The notes beneath the pieces are model-generated. The model did not search any database. It saw nothing but the letters and a program-made list of their open reading frames with translations, and was not told the origin of the DNA. From the NCBI GenBank assembly GCA_000004695.1, contig CM000153.2:1792001-1856000 (forward strand): a stretch of 64,000 nucleotides of DNA. The letters run 5' to 3'. Shown here one piece after another: positions 42,778-58,486 of the stretch (position 1 is the first letter of the stretch; each line of letters begins with the position of its first letter). The DNA is from Dictyostelium discoideum (Eukaryota). The position numbers and the translations under genes were made by a program.

Positions 42778-43617
42778 AAAACAAGTGAGATTTTATAATT
42801 AAATAAATAAAATTTAAAATCAAATAATTTTATTTTATTTTTATTTTTTTTATTTTTTTTTTTCATCAATTAAAAATGTTGAATAATTCTTTTTTTAACT
42901 TAACAACATCTTTATAATTTTAAAAAAAAAATTATCTCTTAAAAATTTTATAAAATTATTACCTTTTTTTTTTAATATTTTTTACCAAAAAAACACCCCA
43001 ACATAATCATTTTTAAAAAAAAAAATATAAAATAATAAATTTGTTTTTTTTATTTTGTAAAAAGAAAATATTTCAATAAAAACATATATACATTAACCTA
43101 TTTATAAATATAATTTGGTTATTAAAAAAAATTTTAAACCATAATTCCTTTTTAGGTTTTTACAAATACAAAATCAGAAAAAAAAAAAACCTAATTTTAA
43201 AAATACATAATGTTTTTCTATTTAATAATTATTTTTTTATTTTATTCTTTTTTTTTTTTTCTTTTTTTTTTTATGATTTTTTTTTTTTTATGACTTTTTT
43301 TTTTTTTTTGGGGGTTTGGGACTTTTTTTTTTTTTTTTTTTTTTTTGGGAAGGATATCCACAGATAGTTGTAAAAAAAAAAAAAAAAAAAAAAGAAAATG
43401 GTGGTTTGGGGGTACATATATACGATGCGAGTTTGTTTATACAATAAAAATTAAGTTGGCAATAGCTATAAAGTTAACGTCTAGTTTTAAAAATAAGATT
43501 GTAATCTTCCATAATCTCATTTTCTTTAAGACTATAAACAATGGATGGCGCTAAATTTAAAATAATTGTTAGTTACTGATTCCAATGAACAAAGTGTTTT
43601 TTTTTTTTTTTTTTTTT

Positions 43618-44471
43618 TTATTTTAAAAAAAAAGAAAAATAATAATAATAATAATAAAATAACATACGATTTTGTTTTTTCTTTACAGATACAGGTTGTT
43701 GTTGAGTGTTTGGTTGTTGAGTTCTTCTTCTTGTTCTTGTTGTTATTCTTGATTCATTGTCGACCATTCTCATTGATTCTTTTTCTTCTGAAATTCTCTT
43801 TTGTCTCTCTGATAGGGTAGTAACCATTTTCTCTCTGAGATGAGTTGCCTCTTCTTGATGTTCATCTTCGTATTGTTGTCTTTCGGCTTCATACATATTC
43901 ATAATACTTTGAATTTGATAATTTTTCCAATTCTCTGCGATCATTAATTTTTTATCTTTTTTATTCTCTAATTCTCTTATTCTTTCTTGAAAACTAATAT
44001 GTTCACCTATTTTTTGAAAAAAAGAAATAATAAGTATATAAAATAAAACTACTAAAATCTATATTATATAATATATTTACCTAATTTTATCTCGTCAATT
44101 TCTTTTTTTAATTGAGTTAATTTATCATTAAAGAATTTTTCTTTTAAATCGGTAAACTCTTTTTCTAATTTTTCCATATTTCCCAAACACTCTAAACGTT
44201 TCTTTGTTTCTAAATCAGCTTCTTTGTTTGCACTATAACTACTCTTTGCGATTGAAACCTCTTGATTCCTATCTTTTGCGAAAACAGATTCATACTCTTC
44301 TTCCATATCATCGTCATCATCGGTTACACTATTAGTTACACCATTTGATCCTACATTTTTCGGTGATGTTACCACTATATTATCTGACATTGTCTGTCTC
44401 TTTTTCTCTAATTCTTCTTCAATCTTTGATTTATCAACTTCTTCATATGATTCTCCTCCATTTTGTTTTTC

Positions 44472-44504
<33 letters not shown>

Positions 44505-44773
44505 GTTGGTAGTTGTATTCGAATTATTTGGAGGCGTTGAAGGAGATGGAGCTGTTTTTTCTTTATTCTTTAAATCTATATTACTATTTGATTCTATATT
44601 AATTGGTGAATCCCTTCCTTTTTCTTGTGTACCATTTGTATTATTATTATTGTTATTATTGTTATTATTATTATTAGTATCAGTTTTTGTTGATACTGAT
44701 TCATCTATAACCATCTCCTCTTTATCATCATTTATTATATTTTCAAGTTTTTTATTTTTATCATTGTCATTAC

Positions 44774-44845
<72 letters not shown>

Positions 44846-45830
44846 TACTATTATTACTATCTACATTTTTATTTTCTTTTTCATTATTATTATTATTATC
44901 ACTACTATCTATTATTGGTGGTGATGATTCTTTACTTAATTCTTCTTTACCATTAATATTTTTTACATTTTCTTCTTGTTTCTTTTCTTTATCTACATTT
45001 TCAAAGTTTTTGTTATCTTTTTCTTCTAATTTTTCTTCAGGCTTTTCTTGAGGTTTATCTTGAGGTTTTTCTTGAGGTTTTTCTTCTGACTTTTCTTCCT
45101 TTTCTTTTTCTTTATCCATTTCCTTTTCTTTTTCCTTTTCTACCTCTTTTGTTTCATTTTCTACTTTTTTTGTTTCCTTTTCTACCTCTCCTATTTCCTT
45201 TTCGACTTGTTTTGTTTCTATTTCTTTTTCTACTTCTTTTTCTTTTTCTTTTTCCTTTTCTTTTTCTTTTTCTTTTTCTTTTTCTTTTTCTTTTTCTTTT
45301 TCTTTTTCTTTTTCTTTTTCTTTTTCTTTTTCTTTCTCTACTTCTTTTTCTTTTTCTACTTCTTTATCTTTATCTTGTTGGTCTTTCATTACCTCATCCT
45401 CTTTTTCCTTTTTATCTTGTTCTTTTTTCTCATCTTTTTTTTCTTCAACTTTTTCCTCAATTTGTTGTTTTGGTTTTTCCTCAACATTAGTTTCATCTTT
45501 TTTCTCCTCTACTTTTTTTTCTGTTTCTTTCTTTTCTTCTTTAGATTCACCTTTTTCATCGGTTTTTTCTTTTTCATCTTTACCATTAACAGAGGTGTTG
45601 TTATCGTTTGTTTGATTTTCTTGTTTACTATCATCTTTTTTTACATCTGTTGTTGCTGTATCATCACTCCCACTACTCTCTTTTTTATTTTCTAAATCTG
45701 CAGTTGTTGAATCAGATGCTGTGGCATCTTTTTTTGGTTCATCAACTTCCATTTTTTGTTCTTTTTCGCCATTTAATATCTCTTTACTACTATCTTTTAA
45801 TTCTTTTGATTTCTCTTCATCTGATTTCAT
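43618..45830 (-). CDS. Sds3/BRMS1-like (Sin3-HDAC corepressor subunit family) protein with a highly charged (EK)n-rich N-terminal half; 2 exons, 45830..44081 and 44006..about 43618
   Basis: The exon A tail is ...KKRLECLGNMEKLEKEFTDLKEKFFNDKLTQLKKEIDEIKL with donor G|gtaaat. Exon B after acceptor caaaaaatag| is GEHISFQERIRELENKKDKKLMIAENWKNYQIQSIMNMYEAERQQYEDEHQEEATHLREKMVTTLSERQKRISEEKESM. Together they form the Sds3-like domain (ECL..mE.LEkEF..lKe..f..kl..L..E...I..G.H..F.E....LE......Y.aE). The N-terminus has (EKEK)n encoded by (CTTTTT)n on the plus strand. The 3' end is uncertain because the final 20 codons run into a poly-Y tract. Confidence 0.65.
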
Positions 45831-46118
45831 TTTTTTTTTTTTTTTTTTTTTTTTATTTTCTGTTTATTTTTTTTTTTTTTTTTTTTTTGACAATAAATTA
45901 TTTTTATATTTTTTTATAATATTTATTAATAATTATTTAATTATTGTTATTATTATTATTATTATTATTTATAAAAAAAGAATGAATAGATTGCGATGAA
46001 CTTCATTCGCATGTGTTTTATGAAAAAATATATTAAATGAAAAAAAAATTAAAAAATTAAAAAAATTAAAAAAAAAAATTAAAAAAATAAAAAAAAAAAA
46101 TAAAAATAAAAATAAAAA

Positions 46119-46156
<38 letters not shown>

Positions 46157-47036
46157 GAAATACAAAGATAGTTAAAAAAACATCTAACTGTTATTTAATT
46201 ATTTTTCCTTATTTCTTTTATATTTTTGATGTAATTTTTTTTTTTTTTCTTAATACATTTATTTTATTTATTGTTTTTTTCATCCCATTTCATTTCTTTT
46301 TTTTTTTTTTTTTTTTTTTTTAATTTTTTTTTGAAATTAACGGTATTGAAAATACACAAAAATAGTTTTAAAGAAAACTAATTAAAGCAATTAAATATCT
46401 TACATTAAATCTTTAAACTATTATTGTTGTTACTATGTACTATTTCTATTATTATTATTATTATTATTTATTATTTATTATTAAAATGTTGGTTGTGTTT
46501 TTGTGATGTTATTTTATTGGTGGGTGTTGCGTTTTTGTTATTATTTTTATTCTTTATTACTATTACTTATATAATATATTTTTAAATCAGTTCTGTAGTA
46601 TTGTTAATTTTGTTTAAAAATATCTCTTTTGATTATTTGTATATCAGTTTTATTATATTTTGTTTTTTTTTACTTTCATATAATCTTTTTTTAATTGTTT
46701 TTAGTTTCTCTACCTAAATCATCACTCATCACTAATATCTGATCTTCTTTTTTAAAAAAAATATATTGTTACTCTATTTTATTTGATTCTTTTTTTTTAA
46801 AAAATTAAATAAATATTGCTTTGGTTGTTGATGTTTGGTGAATATTTTTTTTTTTTTAAATTTTATTTTTTTAATTTTTTATTTTTTTATTTTCATTTTT
46901 TTTTTTTTTTAAAATTTTTTTTTTTTTATTTTTTTTTTTTTTTTTCTTTTTTCATATTTTTTTTTTTTTTTTTTAAATACCCAAAAAAAAAAAAAAAAAA
47001 ATCTTAAATATAAATGGAAATAACAAAAAATAAAAT

Positions 47037-47499
47037 TTAAAATTCATCATCAATTGAATTATTTTTATTACTTTTTTGGGAATTTGTATGTGAAGAAATT
47101 TGTTTTGGAACAGTAAAGAAGCCACCTTGGACATTATTTGAATGATCTAAAATATGTTCATGGTCTTGATTTACTGTTGTTTGTTCAAAGTGTAATGTTA
47201 ATTGTGTATCCTCTAAAATTGAATGAAGTGGTCTAACATTCTCTGTATTTACTGATTGAATTGATTCAACAGAATTTAAAAATCCACCTAAATCATCACA
47301 ATATTGTTCAACTTTATCTTCAGGTATGGACAACATTGCCAAATTTGATAGTTTTTTTAATCTATCTTTACTAATTACTGATGATTCATCATTATCCTTA
47401 TTTTTTAATAATAATTCCTTAACTGACCAACTGTCATCCCATCTCTAATTCCAAGTAAGAAAATAAAAAAAATAAAAAAAATAATAAAATTAAATTCAA

Positions 47500-47535
<36 letters not shown>

Positions 47536-47767
47536 AGAAAAAAAAAAAAATGATTAAAATAAAATTCAAAATCAATATATTAATAAAATTATTATAATAA
47601 TAATATTACTATTATTATTAAATACAAATAAAAAAAATAAAATAAAAAATTTTAAAAAAAATAATTACAATGTTTGATGAAAAATATCTTGAATTTTGGA
47701 AAATATTATTAATATTTATTTTATTTTTTCGTACAAAATTGGTTGACAATAAATATCTTGAGCACAT
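47037..47767 (-). CDS. Glutamyl-tRNA(Gln) amidotransferase subunit C (GatC), mitochondrial-type with presequence; 2 exons, 47767..47669 and 47444..47037
   Basis: Exon 1 is MCSRYLLSTNFVRKNKINININNIFQNSRYFSSNI; it is R/S-rich with no acidic residues, as expected of a presequence, and has donor gtaatt. Exon 2 after acceptor gaattag| is RWDDSWSVKELLLKNKDNDESSVISKDRLKKLSNLAMLSIPEDKVEQYCDDLGGFLNSVESIQSVNTENVRPLHSILEDTQLTLHFEQT.... This fits the GatC pattern (i..e.v.kLA.LArl.l.e.e.e.....l..il..ve.l..vdt..V.P). The 224-nt intron contains (AAAT)n. Confidence 0.55.
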
Positions 47768-47888
47768 GATTTATTTTTTTTTTTTTTTATTTTATTTTTA
47801 TTTTTTTTTAATTTTTTTTTTTTCATTGACACAGAAAAGTGAAAAAAAGTGGAAAAAAAACAAAATAATCAAAAAAAAAAAAAATGAT

Positions 47889-47925
<37 letters not shown>

Positions 47926-48027
47926 ATAAAATTAAATAAAAAAAATAAAAAAAATAAAAAATTTCGTACAATCTAACGAGTTATTGTTATCATTTAATTT
48001 AAGTTAATAATATCCTTTATTTCAATT

Positions 48028-48069
<42 letters not shown>

Positions 48070-48170
48070 CAATTTGAAGGTGTTATTATTTCTATTGTTT
48101 CTATAATTTTGGTTTAAAAAAAAAAAAAACAAAAAAAAATATAAATATAAATTATTTTTTAATTTTTATA

Positions 48171-48203
<33 letters not shown>

Positions 48204-49130
48204 CCGGTTATTTTCAAAAGGGGGTTTGATTTGAATTAAATTATAATAACCCGTTTAATTTTTTTTTTTTTTTTTTTTTTTCTTTTTATTTTTTTTTTTT
48301 TTTTTCAAAAAATCTATATCCAAAGACAAAATTGTGGTTTTAAAAACAGTAACATAGGATTTTTTAATTTTATTTTTTTTTTTTTTTTTTAATTTTTTTT
48401 TTAGCAATTAATAAAAAAAAAAATTTTAAAAAAATACGAAATTGAGGCGCTTGCACCATATAATCCAAAAAAAAAATTAAAAAAAAAACAAAATAAAATT
48501 AAAAAAAATAAATTAAATTAAAAACGTATTTTAAAAAAAAAAAAAGCTATAATGATATCTGGTTTTTTATGCCATTTTTCGTTTTTTTTAAATTAAATTT
48601 TTTTCTTTTTTTTTTATTTTTTTTTTTTTAATTTTTGATTAATTATATTAAAAAAAAAAAAAAAAAAAAAAAATTATATTTAAAATTTCATTTGTCACAT
48701 TAGCAAAAATTTATTAATATATCTAGTCGAATAAAAAAAAAAAAAAATATATATATATAAATATATATATAAATATTTTTTTTTCCATATTAATATTTAT
48801 TTCTAAACAATTCTATTTTTTTTAAAAAAAAAAAAAATCAATCTTTAAATTAAATACCTATTATTTTTAATATAAAAAAATTCGCCTAATTTAAAAAAAA
48901 AAAATTAATTTAAAAATTATAGAAAAAAAAAAAATATAAAAAATTATTATTTTTTTTAATCAATACCAAATTAAAATTATTACAATAAAAAATAGCCTTT
49001 TTTTCTTTTTATAATAATTAATTAATAATTAATAATTAAAAAAAAAAAAAAAAAAAAAAAATAATATTTTCCCAATAAAATAAAATTAATAAATTAAAAA
49101 CCGAAATTTTTAATATTAAAAAAAAAAAAT

Positions 49131-49161
<31 letters not shown>

Positions 49162-49188
49162 TAAATAAAAAAAATAAATAAATAAAAA

Positions 49189-50791
49189 ATGCAAGAAATA
49201 ATAACAAATAATATACCAACATTTAAATTACAAAATGATGTTGATATGGTTGAAGAAACTCAACCAACCACACCAACTACCCAACCAACCACACCAACCA
49301 CAAATACTATTTCCACTACCACTAATACTATCACATCAACATTAAATACAAATAATATTTCACCAATTTTGGAAGAAAGTGAAGAAGAGGATTCAAATGA
49401 ATTAATAATTGAAACTGATGAAAATAATACATCTGTTTCTGCTACTGGTACCACTCCAACATCATCATCATCATCATCATCATCATCACCAACAAACACA
49501 ACTACCACCACCACCACAACAACAACAGCCACAACTGCCAATAATGATTTTAAAAATATAACCAGTAATAATATTAATAAAACAAATTCAAATGTAAATA
49601 CAAATTCTGAAATTAAAAATATTGACAACTCAATTATGAATAGTTTGAATAGATATAATAATATTACAACCGCTTCACCAAGTAATAGTACAATGATTAC
49701 AATGAAATCAGCAATTTCCTCATTGGACGAAATTGTAAAAAATACAATGAAAGCTCAAAGAGAAAGTTTTATTGCCAATGAAGATAAAGAGTCACTTCCA
49801 GAACCTCAAACAAATTCCAATGTTAATGGAAACGAAGAAGCAAAAGACGAAAAGTATGTATTTTTTTTTTTTTATTATTACTTCAATATCTTTTTTTTTT
49901 TTTTTTTTTTTTTTTCCAACCCCAAACCGTAACTTTTTTTCGTTTTTTTAATATGTGGAAAAAAAAAAAAAAAAAAAAAAAAATTCCAACCCAAAATTAA
50001 TTTTTAATTTTTCTAATCATTTTTTTGAAATTTTTTCAATTTTTTTTTTTTTTTCCAAAAAAAAGGGAAATTCATTTATTAGCTAAAATCTTATTAAATT
50101 TTTCATCCAATGGAATTGCTGTACCAAATTTATCAGAAAGTTCACCAGCAGTATTGAATACTAAATTAAAGGATAGCTCAAACTTGGTTCCATACGGTGG
50201 AGATTTAAATACCAGTGTAAATGGAGTTGTTGGTAATTCCAGTGGTATGGTCGACCTTAGTGCTAGTACTGGCGATTTATTAGGTTCGTTAAATGCTGCC
50301 AATAAAAAGAAAAGACAAAGAACTAGTCCAGAACAATTGGCCATTTTAGAACAAATTTTTGAAACTGATAAAATGCCAAGCCAACAAATTAGAGTAAGAT
50401 TAGCCAATCAATTGGGTATGTCATCTAGAAGAGTTCAAATTTGGTTCCAAAATAAACGTGCTAAAGTAAAGAGAGGTGGTCCATTTGGAAAAGGTGATGA
50501 CAATGATGATTTATTCGCTGAGGGTGAAGATATAATTGATGAAGATGAAGATGAAGATTCATCTTTAACAATTGATGAAAGTGGTAATAATAATAACAAT
50601 AGTGGCAACAACAACAACAACAATAATAATGGAATCATGGGAGGCCATGGTATGTTATCATCATCTCCAACCAATTTAAACACATCATCTGATAATATTG
50701 TACCATCAATTTCACCAATGTTAACTTCAATTAATATAAATTCATCATCATCAACACCAACTTTACAATCTGTAAATTTATTAAATAATAC

Positions 50792-50861
<70 letters not shown>

Positions 50862-51317
50862 CATACTACTACCACAACTACAACTACTACTACAACTACA
50901 ACTTCATCATCACCACCATTAACTTCATTTAATTTCCAATTAAATCAATCATTAAATAAATTAACATCACCACCATCACCACCATCAATAGTACCATCAC
51001 CAAATAAAAAAACCAAACAAATGGGTGGCTTCAGTTTAAATTCAACTGCTTCTTCTTTACCATCATTCCCACAAATTAAATTAAATTCAAGTTCAAAACA
51101 TATTCCAACTGATAAACAAAATAATTCAGATTTTTCAAATTTTAATAATAATAATAATAATAACAATAATAATAACAATAATAATAATAACAATAATAAT
51201 ATTAATAATAATGGTAATAATAATAGTAATAATAACGATAGTAATAATAATAATAACAAATCCAATTTTTCCGATTATCAACCTTTAAAATTTCATAATA
51301 GTATTGTAAAAAATTAA
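49189..51317 (+). CDS. Homeobox transcription factor (TALE-less typical 60-aa homeodomain); 2 exons, 49189..49853 and 50066..51317
   Basis: Exon 1 is T/P/S-rich and ends ...EEAKDEK (GACGAAAA|gtatgt). Exon 2 after acceptor ccaaaaaaaag| is EIHLLAKILLNF...NKKKRQRTSPEQLAILEQIFETDKMPSQQIRVRLANQLGMSSRRVQIWFQNKRAKVKR. This is a canonical homeodomain with the WFQNRR-type recognition helix. It is followed by poly-N, poly-T and poly-S tracts. Confidence 0.75.
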
Positions 51318-52274
51318 AAAAAAAAAATATTGTAATTTTATAAATATATATTTTTTTTTTTTAAAAAATTAATATTGTAATGATTTTTTAAAAAGTAGTA
51401 ATAGTAGTAATAGATATATAGCTGTAATAGTCAATGCGTGACTAAGAGAATCCTCCACCACAAATTTTTTCAAATATTTTTTTCAACTCCCGCCTTTATT
51501 TTCCTCAACATTTTCCTTATGATTCCATTTCAAATTTTTACATTTTTACCATCAACAACCAAAAAAAAAACAAAAACACCAAACACTCAAAAACCAAAAA
51601 ATCAAAAAAAAAAAAAATTTATATATAATAATATAAAAAAAGTGTAATGATAAATTATTGTAAAATTTTTTTTTATATGGAACATTCACCAAATTTCTCA
51701 TTTTTTTCTAAACATTTCTCTTCATATCTCTTTTATAAATCTCAATAAAAAGAATTATTTAATATTTTATTTTTAAAAATTTTTTTCATTTTTTTTTTAT
51801 TTTTTTTATTTTTTTATTTTTTTATTTTTATTTTATCTTTATAAATCTCAAAGGTCATTTTTAAAATAAAGGCAGGTTTTTTTTTTTTTTTTTTGAAACT
51901 AGCCAACTTAAAAAAAATATATTTTCCATACAGTTTTTTTTTTTTTTATTTTGGATATTATTGGTCAAAAAGAGTATGATTGATTTTTTTTTAATATTTT
52001 TAAATCGTTAGTGAAACTATGTAGATATTTAAAATTTTTTTTATATTTTTTTTATATTTTTTTTATATTTTTTTTATATTTTTTTTATATTTTTTTATAT
52101 TTTTTTTATAATAAATAGGAATTATTTTTTTTATTTTTTTTTTTTAAAAAAAAAACATTTATTTTAAAGATTAAAGTAATATATAATATATTTAATATAT
52201 TAATATTTATACTTTTATAAATATATTAACTTTTTTATATTATTGTTTAATTTTTTATTTTTTTATTTTACAGA

Positions 52275-53881
<1,607 letters not shown>

Positions 53882-53960
53882 ATTCTTATGTTTTAATATT
53901 GTCAAATTATCATTATTCGACTCTCAAAAAATAAACTATATATTATTTATTATAATTTTG

Positions 53961-54095
<135 letters not shown>

Positions 54096-54283
54096 AATAA
54101 TATTATTATTTTTTCTTTTAAAGTTTTTAATTTTAATTTTAATTTTAAATTAAAATTAATTAATAATATTTTATTAAAGAAATAAATAATTTTACAAAGG
54201 TTTAAATTTAAATTTTTTATTATTTTAATATTACTTATTTATTTTATTTTATTTTATTATACTATTTTATTTTTTAATTATCA

Positions 54284-54999
54284 TTATTATCAAAATTATG
54301 ACGACGATGATGACTATGATGGGTTGATGGTTTATACATATAGAGAGCAACCAATAAAAAGGTTATCATGAATATAATCAATAGAATAGTTTGATTTTCT
54401 AAAAAAAAAAAAAAAAAAAAGGAATATAGGTTAATAAATAATTTAATTTTTTTTTTAAAAATAAAATAAAATTAAAAATTAAAAAAACTTACTTGATTTC
54501 TTTTTTAAATTTTTTAATTTTGATTCATAGGTAATTAATTTTAATTTCATTTCATCCATTTGTTTTGAAAGTTCTTGAGTTGCACCAATTGTTTCCATTA
54601 CTAAAGCTTCATTTTTAATTACTAAAAGATTTTCAATTTCTTGGCCATTTACATTCTTATTACCAATGGTACGTACTGCATTTGGTAAAATTCTTTGAAG
54701 ATCTTGGGCGATAACACCTCTATCACAATTATCTAAATATGGATCCCTACCATTCATATGAGTCCATTGTGGATTATATTTATAGTCGTAAAGTTTCATT
54801 CTATTTACATTGTCAAGATTTGATTTTGAGTCGATCGATTTCAAATCATATTTTATTCTTAAATCTGATGGATGATAAACACCTTCAGATGCATAGATTG
54901 TACCTTGAACTGAAAGTGCATATGCTGGATTCTCTACATTAATACCAACTTTACCATTATATACAATTGATTTTTCTGTGTCACCTGAATTCCAATGAC

Positions 55000-55033
<34 letters not shown>

Positions 55034-55242
55034 TTGATTATTATGTTGATTATTAATATTATGATGATTATTATTATTATTATGTTGATTATTATTGTTA
55101 TGTTGATTATTATTATTATTATTTATATTATTATTAAAACAATTTATTCTACCATTTAATAAACTACTACTTGTTAACATATTACTATTATTATTATTTA
55201 TATTACCTAAACTATTATTATTACTATTATTATTATTATTTA

Positions 55243-55320
<78 letters not shown>

Positions 55321-56115
55321 GATTTTGAGTTAAACGTAAAATATTTGTTTGACCTTGACTAGTTAATTGTGATAAAGGACGTGGTGAAGTTGGTGAATGA
55401 CCAGGTGATACTATATTCATTGTTGAAAAATCTATATTTGATATAGTTGGACCAAAACAATTCATATTATTACTACCACCACCATTGTTACTACTTGTAC
55501 CAGCATAATCAGGGGTATGAACAGGTGATAGATCACCAGGTGGTGTTACTTGAGTTGCTGTACGAACAATGAGAGCAGGTGAAACGTAACTTACGATACA
55601 ATATTCTTGACCCATACAACGACCATACAATGATACAACCAATTGATTGAATTCTTGATGTGGATTTGGTTGACCATGTCTTCTGGCATTGTTAAGTGTT
55701 GCCTTTCTAAAATGTAATCTTTGTATACTAACCAATGAACCGAATTGAATTGCCACTGGTTTTGGTGCATGTTCACCTTGTTTCTCACGTTTTGAATTGG
55801 TTTGGAATAATTCCACCTCACTCTCTTGTTGTGACATATCAGCACGATTCTTTATACCTTTAATGGTAAGAGTTAAACCATTGATTGGTGTTTTCACACC
55901 ACTAATTAACATATAGGATGGTGTTTGAGTTGGATCGACTGATGATGAACTATTTGACAATGTAACTCCATTATGTCCATATTGTGTCTCTTGAAAAAGT
56001 TTTGGATAAACTGCTGTAATATCCAATTGAAAATGATTTCTTCTACAATAAATCCATTGTCCACCAATATATGAAAAACCTTTTGATGCCATAATATTTA
56101 AAAGTGGTACTGGCC

Positions 56116-56175
<60 letters not shown>

Positions 56176-57159
56176 ATAAAATGAGTTAATTATATATGTA
56201 TAAAAAAATAAAAAACATTAAAAAAAGATAAATAATTAATAACTTACATTTCATCACCATTTGTATTAAAAGTAGTATACCATGGTTCAGATTTATAATC
56301 GGTCCAAGTAAAAGGTGGATTTTCATTATATTGTGTCATTGGTGAAGGTGGATCAGAATTTTCATTCTCTGATCCAATCATTAAATAGTTATCAGTTGGT
56401 AAATGTGGTGATTGAATTGGTGAATTAGTTGGTGAAAGATTTGGTGATGGATTTGGTGATATACTACGTGGTGTATAACCTGATTGAGTATTTGTAATTG
56501 AAATTTGAGGTATTATACCTGGATATAATGATGATGATGATAATTGACTTGGTGTATTATTTGCATTAATTGTTAATCCATTATTTGTAGTTGTAGTTGT
56601 AGTTGTTTGAAGATGATTATGATTATTATTATTATTATTATTATTATAATTATTGTTATTATTTATATTATTATTATTTATATTATTATTATTGTTGTTG
56701 TTGTTATTATTATTATTATTTATATTATTATTACTATTGTTATTATTTATATTATTATTACTATTGTTATTATTATTTATATTATTATTATTATTGTTAT
56801 TATTATTAACTTGACTTGAATTTAAAGAAAAAGAAGGACTATTTACAGAACTATTAAATTGAGCTATTTGTTGTTGTTGATCTTGTAATTGTTGTTGAAG
56901 CATTAAAAAACTACTATCTAAACCACCATTACTACCAACCAATGAATTTGGAGAATAAGGGATCTCTGAATATGTACCGTCTTCATTCTTAATCTTTCTC
57001 TTTTTTAAATTTGAATCATCAGCTGATAATGGTGTAAATGTTGAGAATGAATTTGATCCTTGTATATTGATTGGTAAAGATGCTGATTGTTGGAGCATTG
57101 TTCCAAATCCGCCATTACTAATACCCAATAATTGATTATTTGAACCATTCATTGGTTGC

Positions 57160-57204
<45 letters not shown>

Positions 57205-57299
57205 GGGCTATGTAAAATACCACCCGATGAACCTAGATTCATTTGGTGTTGTTGTTGTTGTTGTTGTTGTTGCTGTTGCTGTTGGTTATACCCATCCAT
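54284..57299 (-). CDS. mrfA: Myelin-regulatory-factor-like membrane-tethered transcription factor (Ndt80/PhoG DNA-binding domain + peptidase S74/ICA autoproteolytic domain + TM); 3 exons, 57299..56248, 56114..54493, 54398..54284
   Basis: Exon 1 is a Q/N-rich activation-like region ending ...TWTDYKSEPWYTTFNTNGDE-AT with donor gtaagt. Exon 2 after acceptor taatag| starts G giving M, then PVPLLNIMASKGFSYIGGQWIYCRRNHFQLDI.... This is the Ndt80-type DBD; compare the MYRF motif F.CQKKNHFQ. Further on is ...NGKVGINVENPAYALSVQGTIYASEGVYHPSDLRIKYDLKSIDSKSNLDNVNRMKLYDYKYNP, the intramolecular chaperone/S74 domain. Donor TCAA|gtaagt at about 54493 and acceptor ttttttag| at 54399 add a micro-exon encoding KNQTILLIIFMITFLLVALYMYKPSTHHSHHRRHNFDNNDN*, the TM anchor. 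Intron 1 contains (ATT)n. Confidence 0.7.
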
Positions 57300-57404
57300 T
57301 TTTGTTTAGTTTGTTTGTTTGTTTGTTTGTTTTTTTTTTTTAATCTTTTACTAAAAAATTTTTAAAAAAAATTTTTTTTTCCCTTCTCCTTAAAATAATA
57401 ACGA

Positions 57405-57442
<38 letters not shown>

Positions 57443-57584
57443 CTTGAGATTTTTTTTTTTTTTTTCCAAGAGATAAATGTTAATACAAGTACTCTATATT
57501 TAGCTAAATTTTGTCTTTTAATTAATTGTTTTTGTTGTTAGTATTTAATTTTTTTTTTTTTTTGTGTTATTGGGTTTGTTGTGG

Positions 57585-57652
<68 letters not shown>

Positions 57653-57658
57653 CCCCCC

Positions 57659-57731
<73 letters not shown>

Positions 57732-57956
57732 AGTATTAAAATTACCAAATAACTGTATTATTTCAAAATTAATATTGTAAAATAGTGATTGTGTTGAAAA
57801 AAAAAAAAAAAAAGTAATAACAATTAAAAATAGGATGTATTTTTATTTTTATTTTTTATTTTTTTTTTTTTTTATTTTTTTTTTTTTTATTTTTTTTTTT
57901 TTTTATTTTTCTATTGGTGTATGTGAGTGGAATCTGGTATATCAAAGATTTTGAAA

Positions 57957-57995
<39 letters not shown>

Positions 57996-58130
57996 ATAGT
58001 TAAATTAAAAACTGAATAAAAAAAAAAAATAACATTAAAGTAAAAATAGAAACAAGAATAAGAAAAAAACTGACAAAATATTTAAAAAAAAAAATAATAA
58101 TTAAAAAAAAAAAAAATAATAAATAATAAA

Positions 58131-58165
<35 letters not shown>

Positions 58166-58444
58166 TTAAAAAAATAAAAAATTAACTGTTGGGGGGCACC
58201 ATTTTTGTTTTAAATTAAATTCTTTAAAAAAATAATTAATTACAACAACAAAATATAAATAATTATTAAGTATATTTATAAATAGCAATTACACACACCA
58301 GAACACACACCAAACTCTAACCTCTCACCAACTCAACAAATCACACTCCCACCACCCTCAAAAAATAAAAATAAAAAAAATTTATATTATTATTATTATT
58401 TTTTATTATTTTTTCCATCATTTTTTTTTTTTTTTTAAGTTTGC

Positions 58445-58486
<42 letters not shown>

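Noticed and set aside
43380-43560. Less AT-rich block (ggtggtttgggggtacatatatacgatgcgag...) considered as a possible ncRNA with an upstream DUSE
   Set aside because: acccccaaacc does not match the DUSE consensus ([AT]CCCA[CT]AA) as I recall it. No RNA family is recognisable by eye. It may simply be the 3' UTR of the Sds3-like gene, whose 3' end is unresolved.
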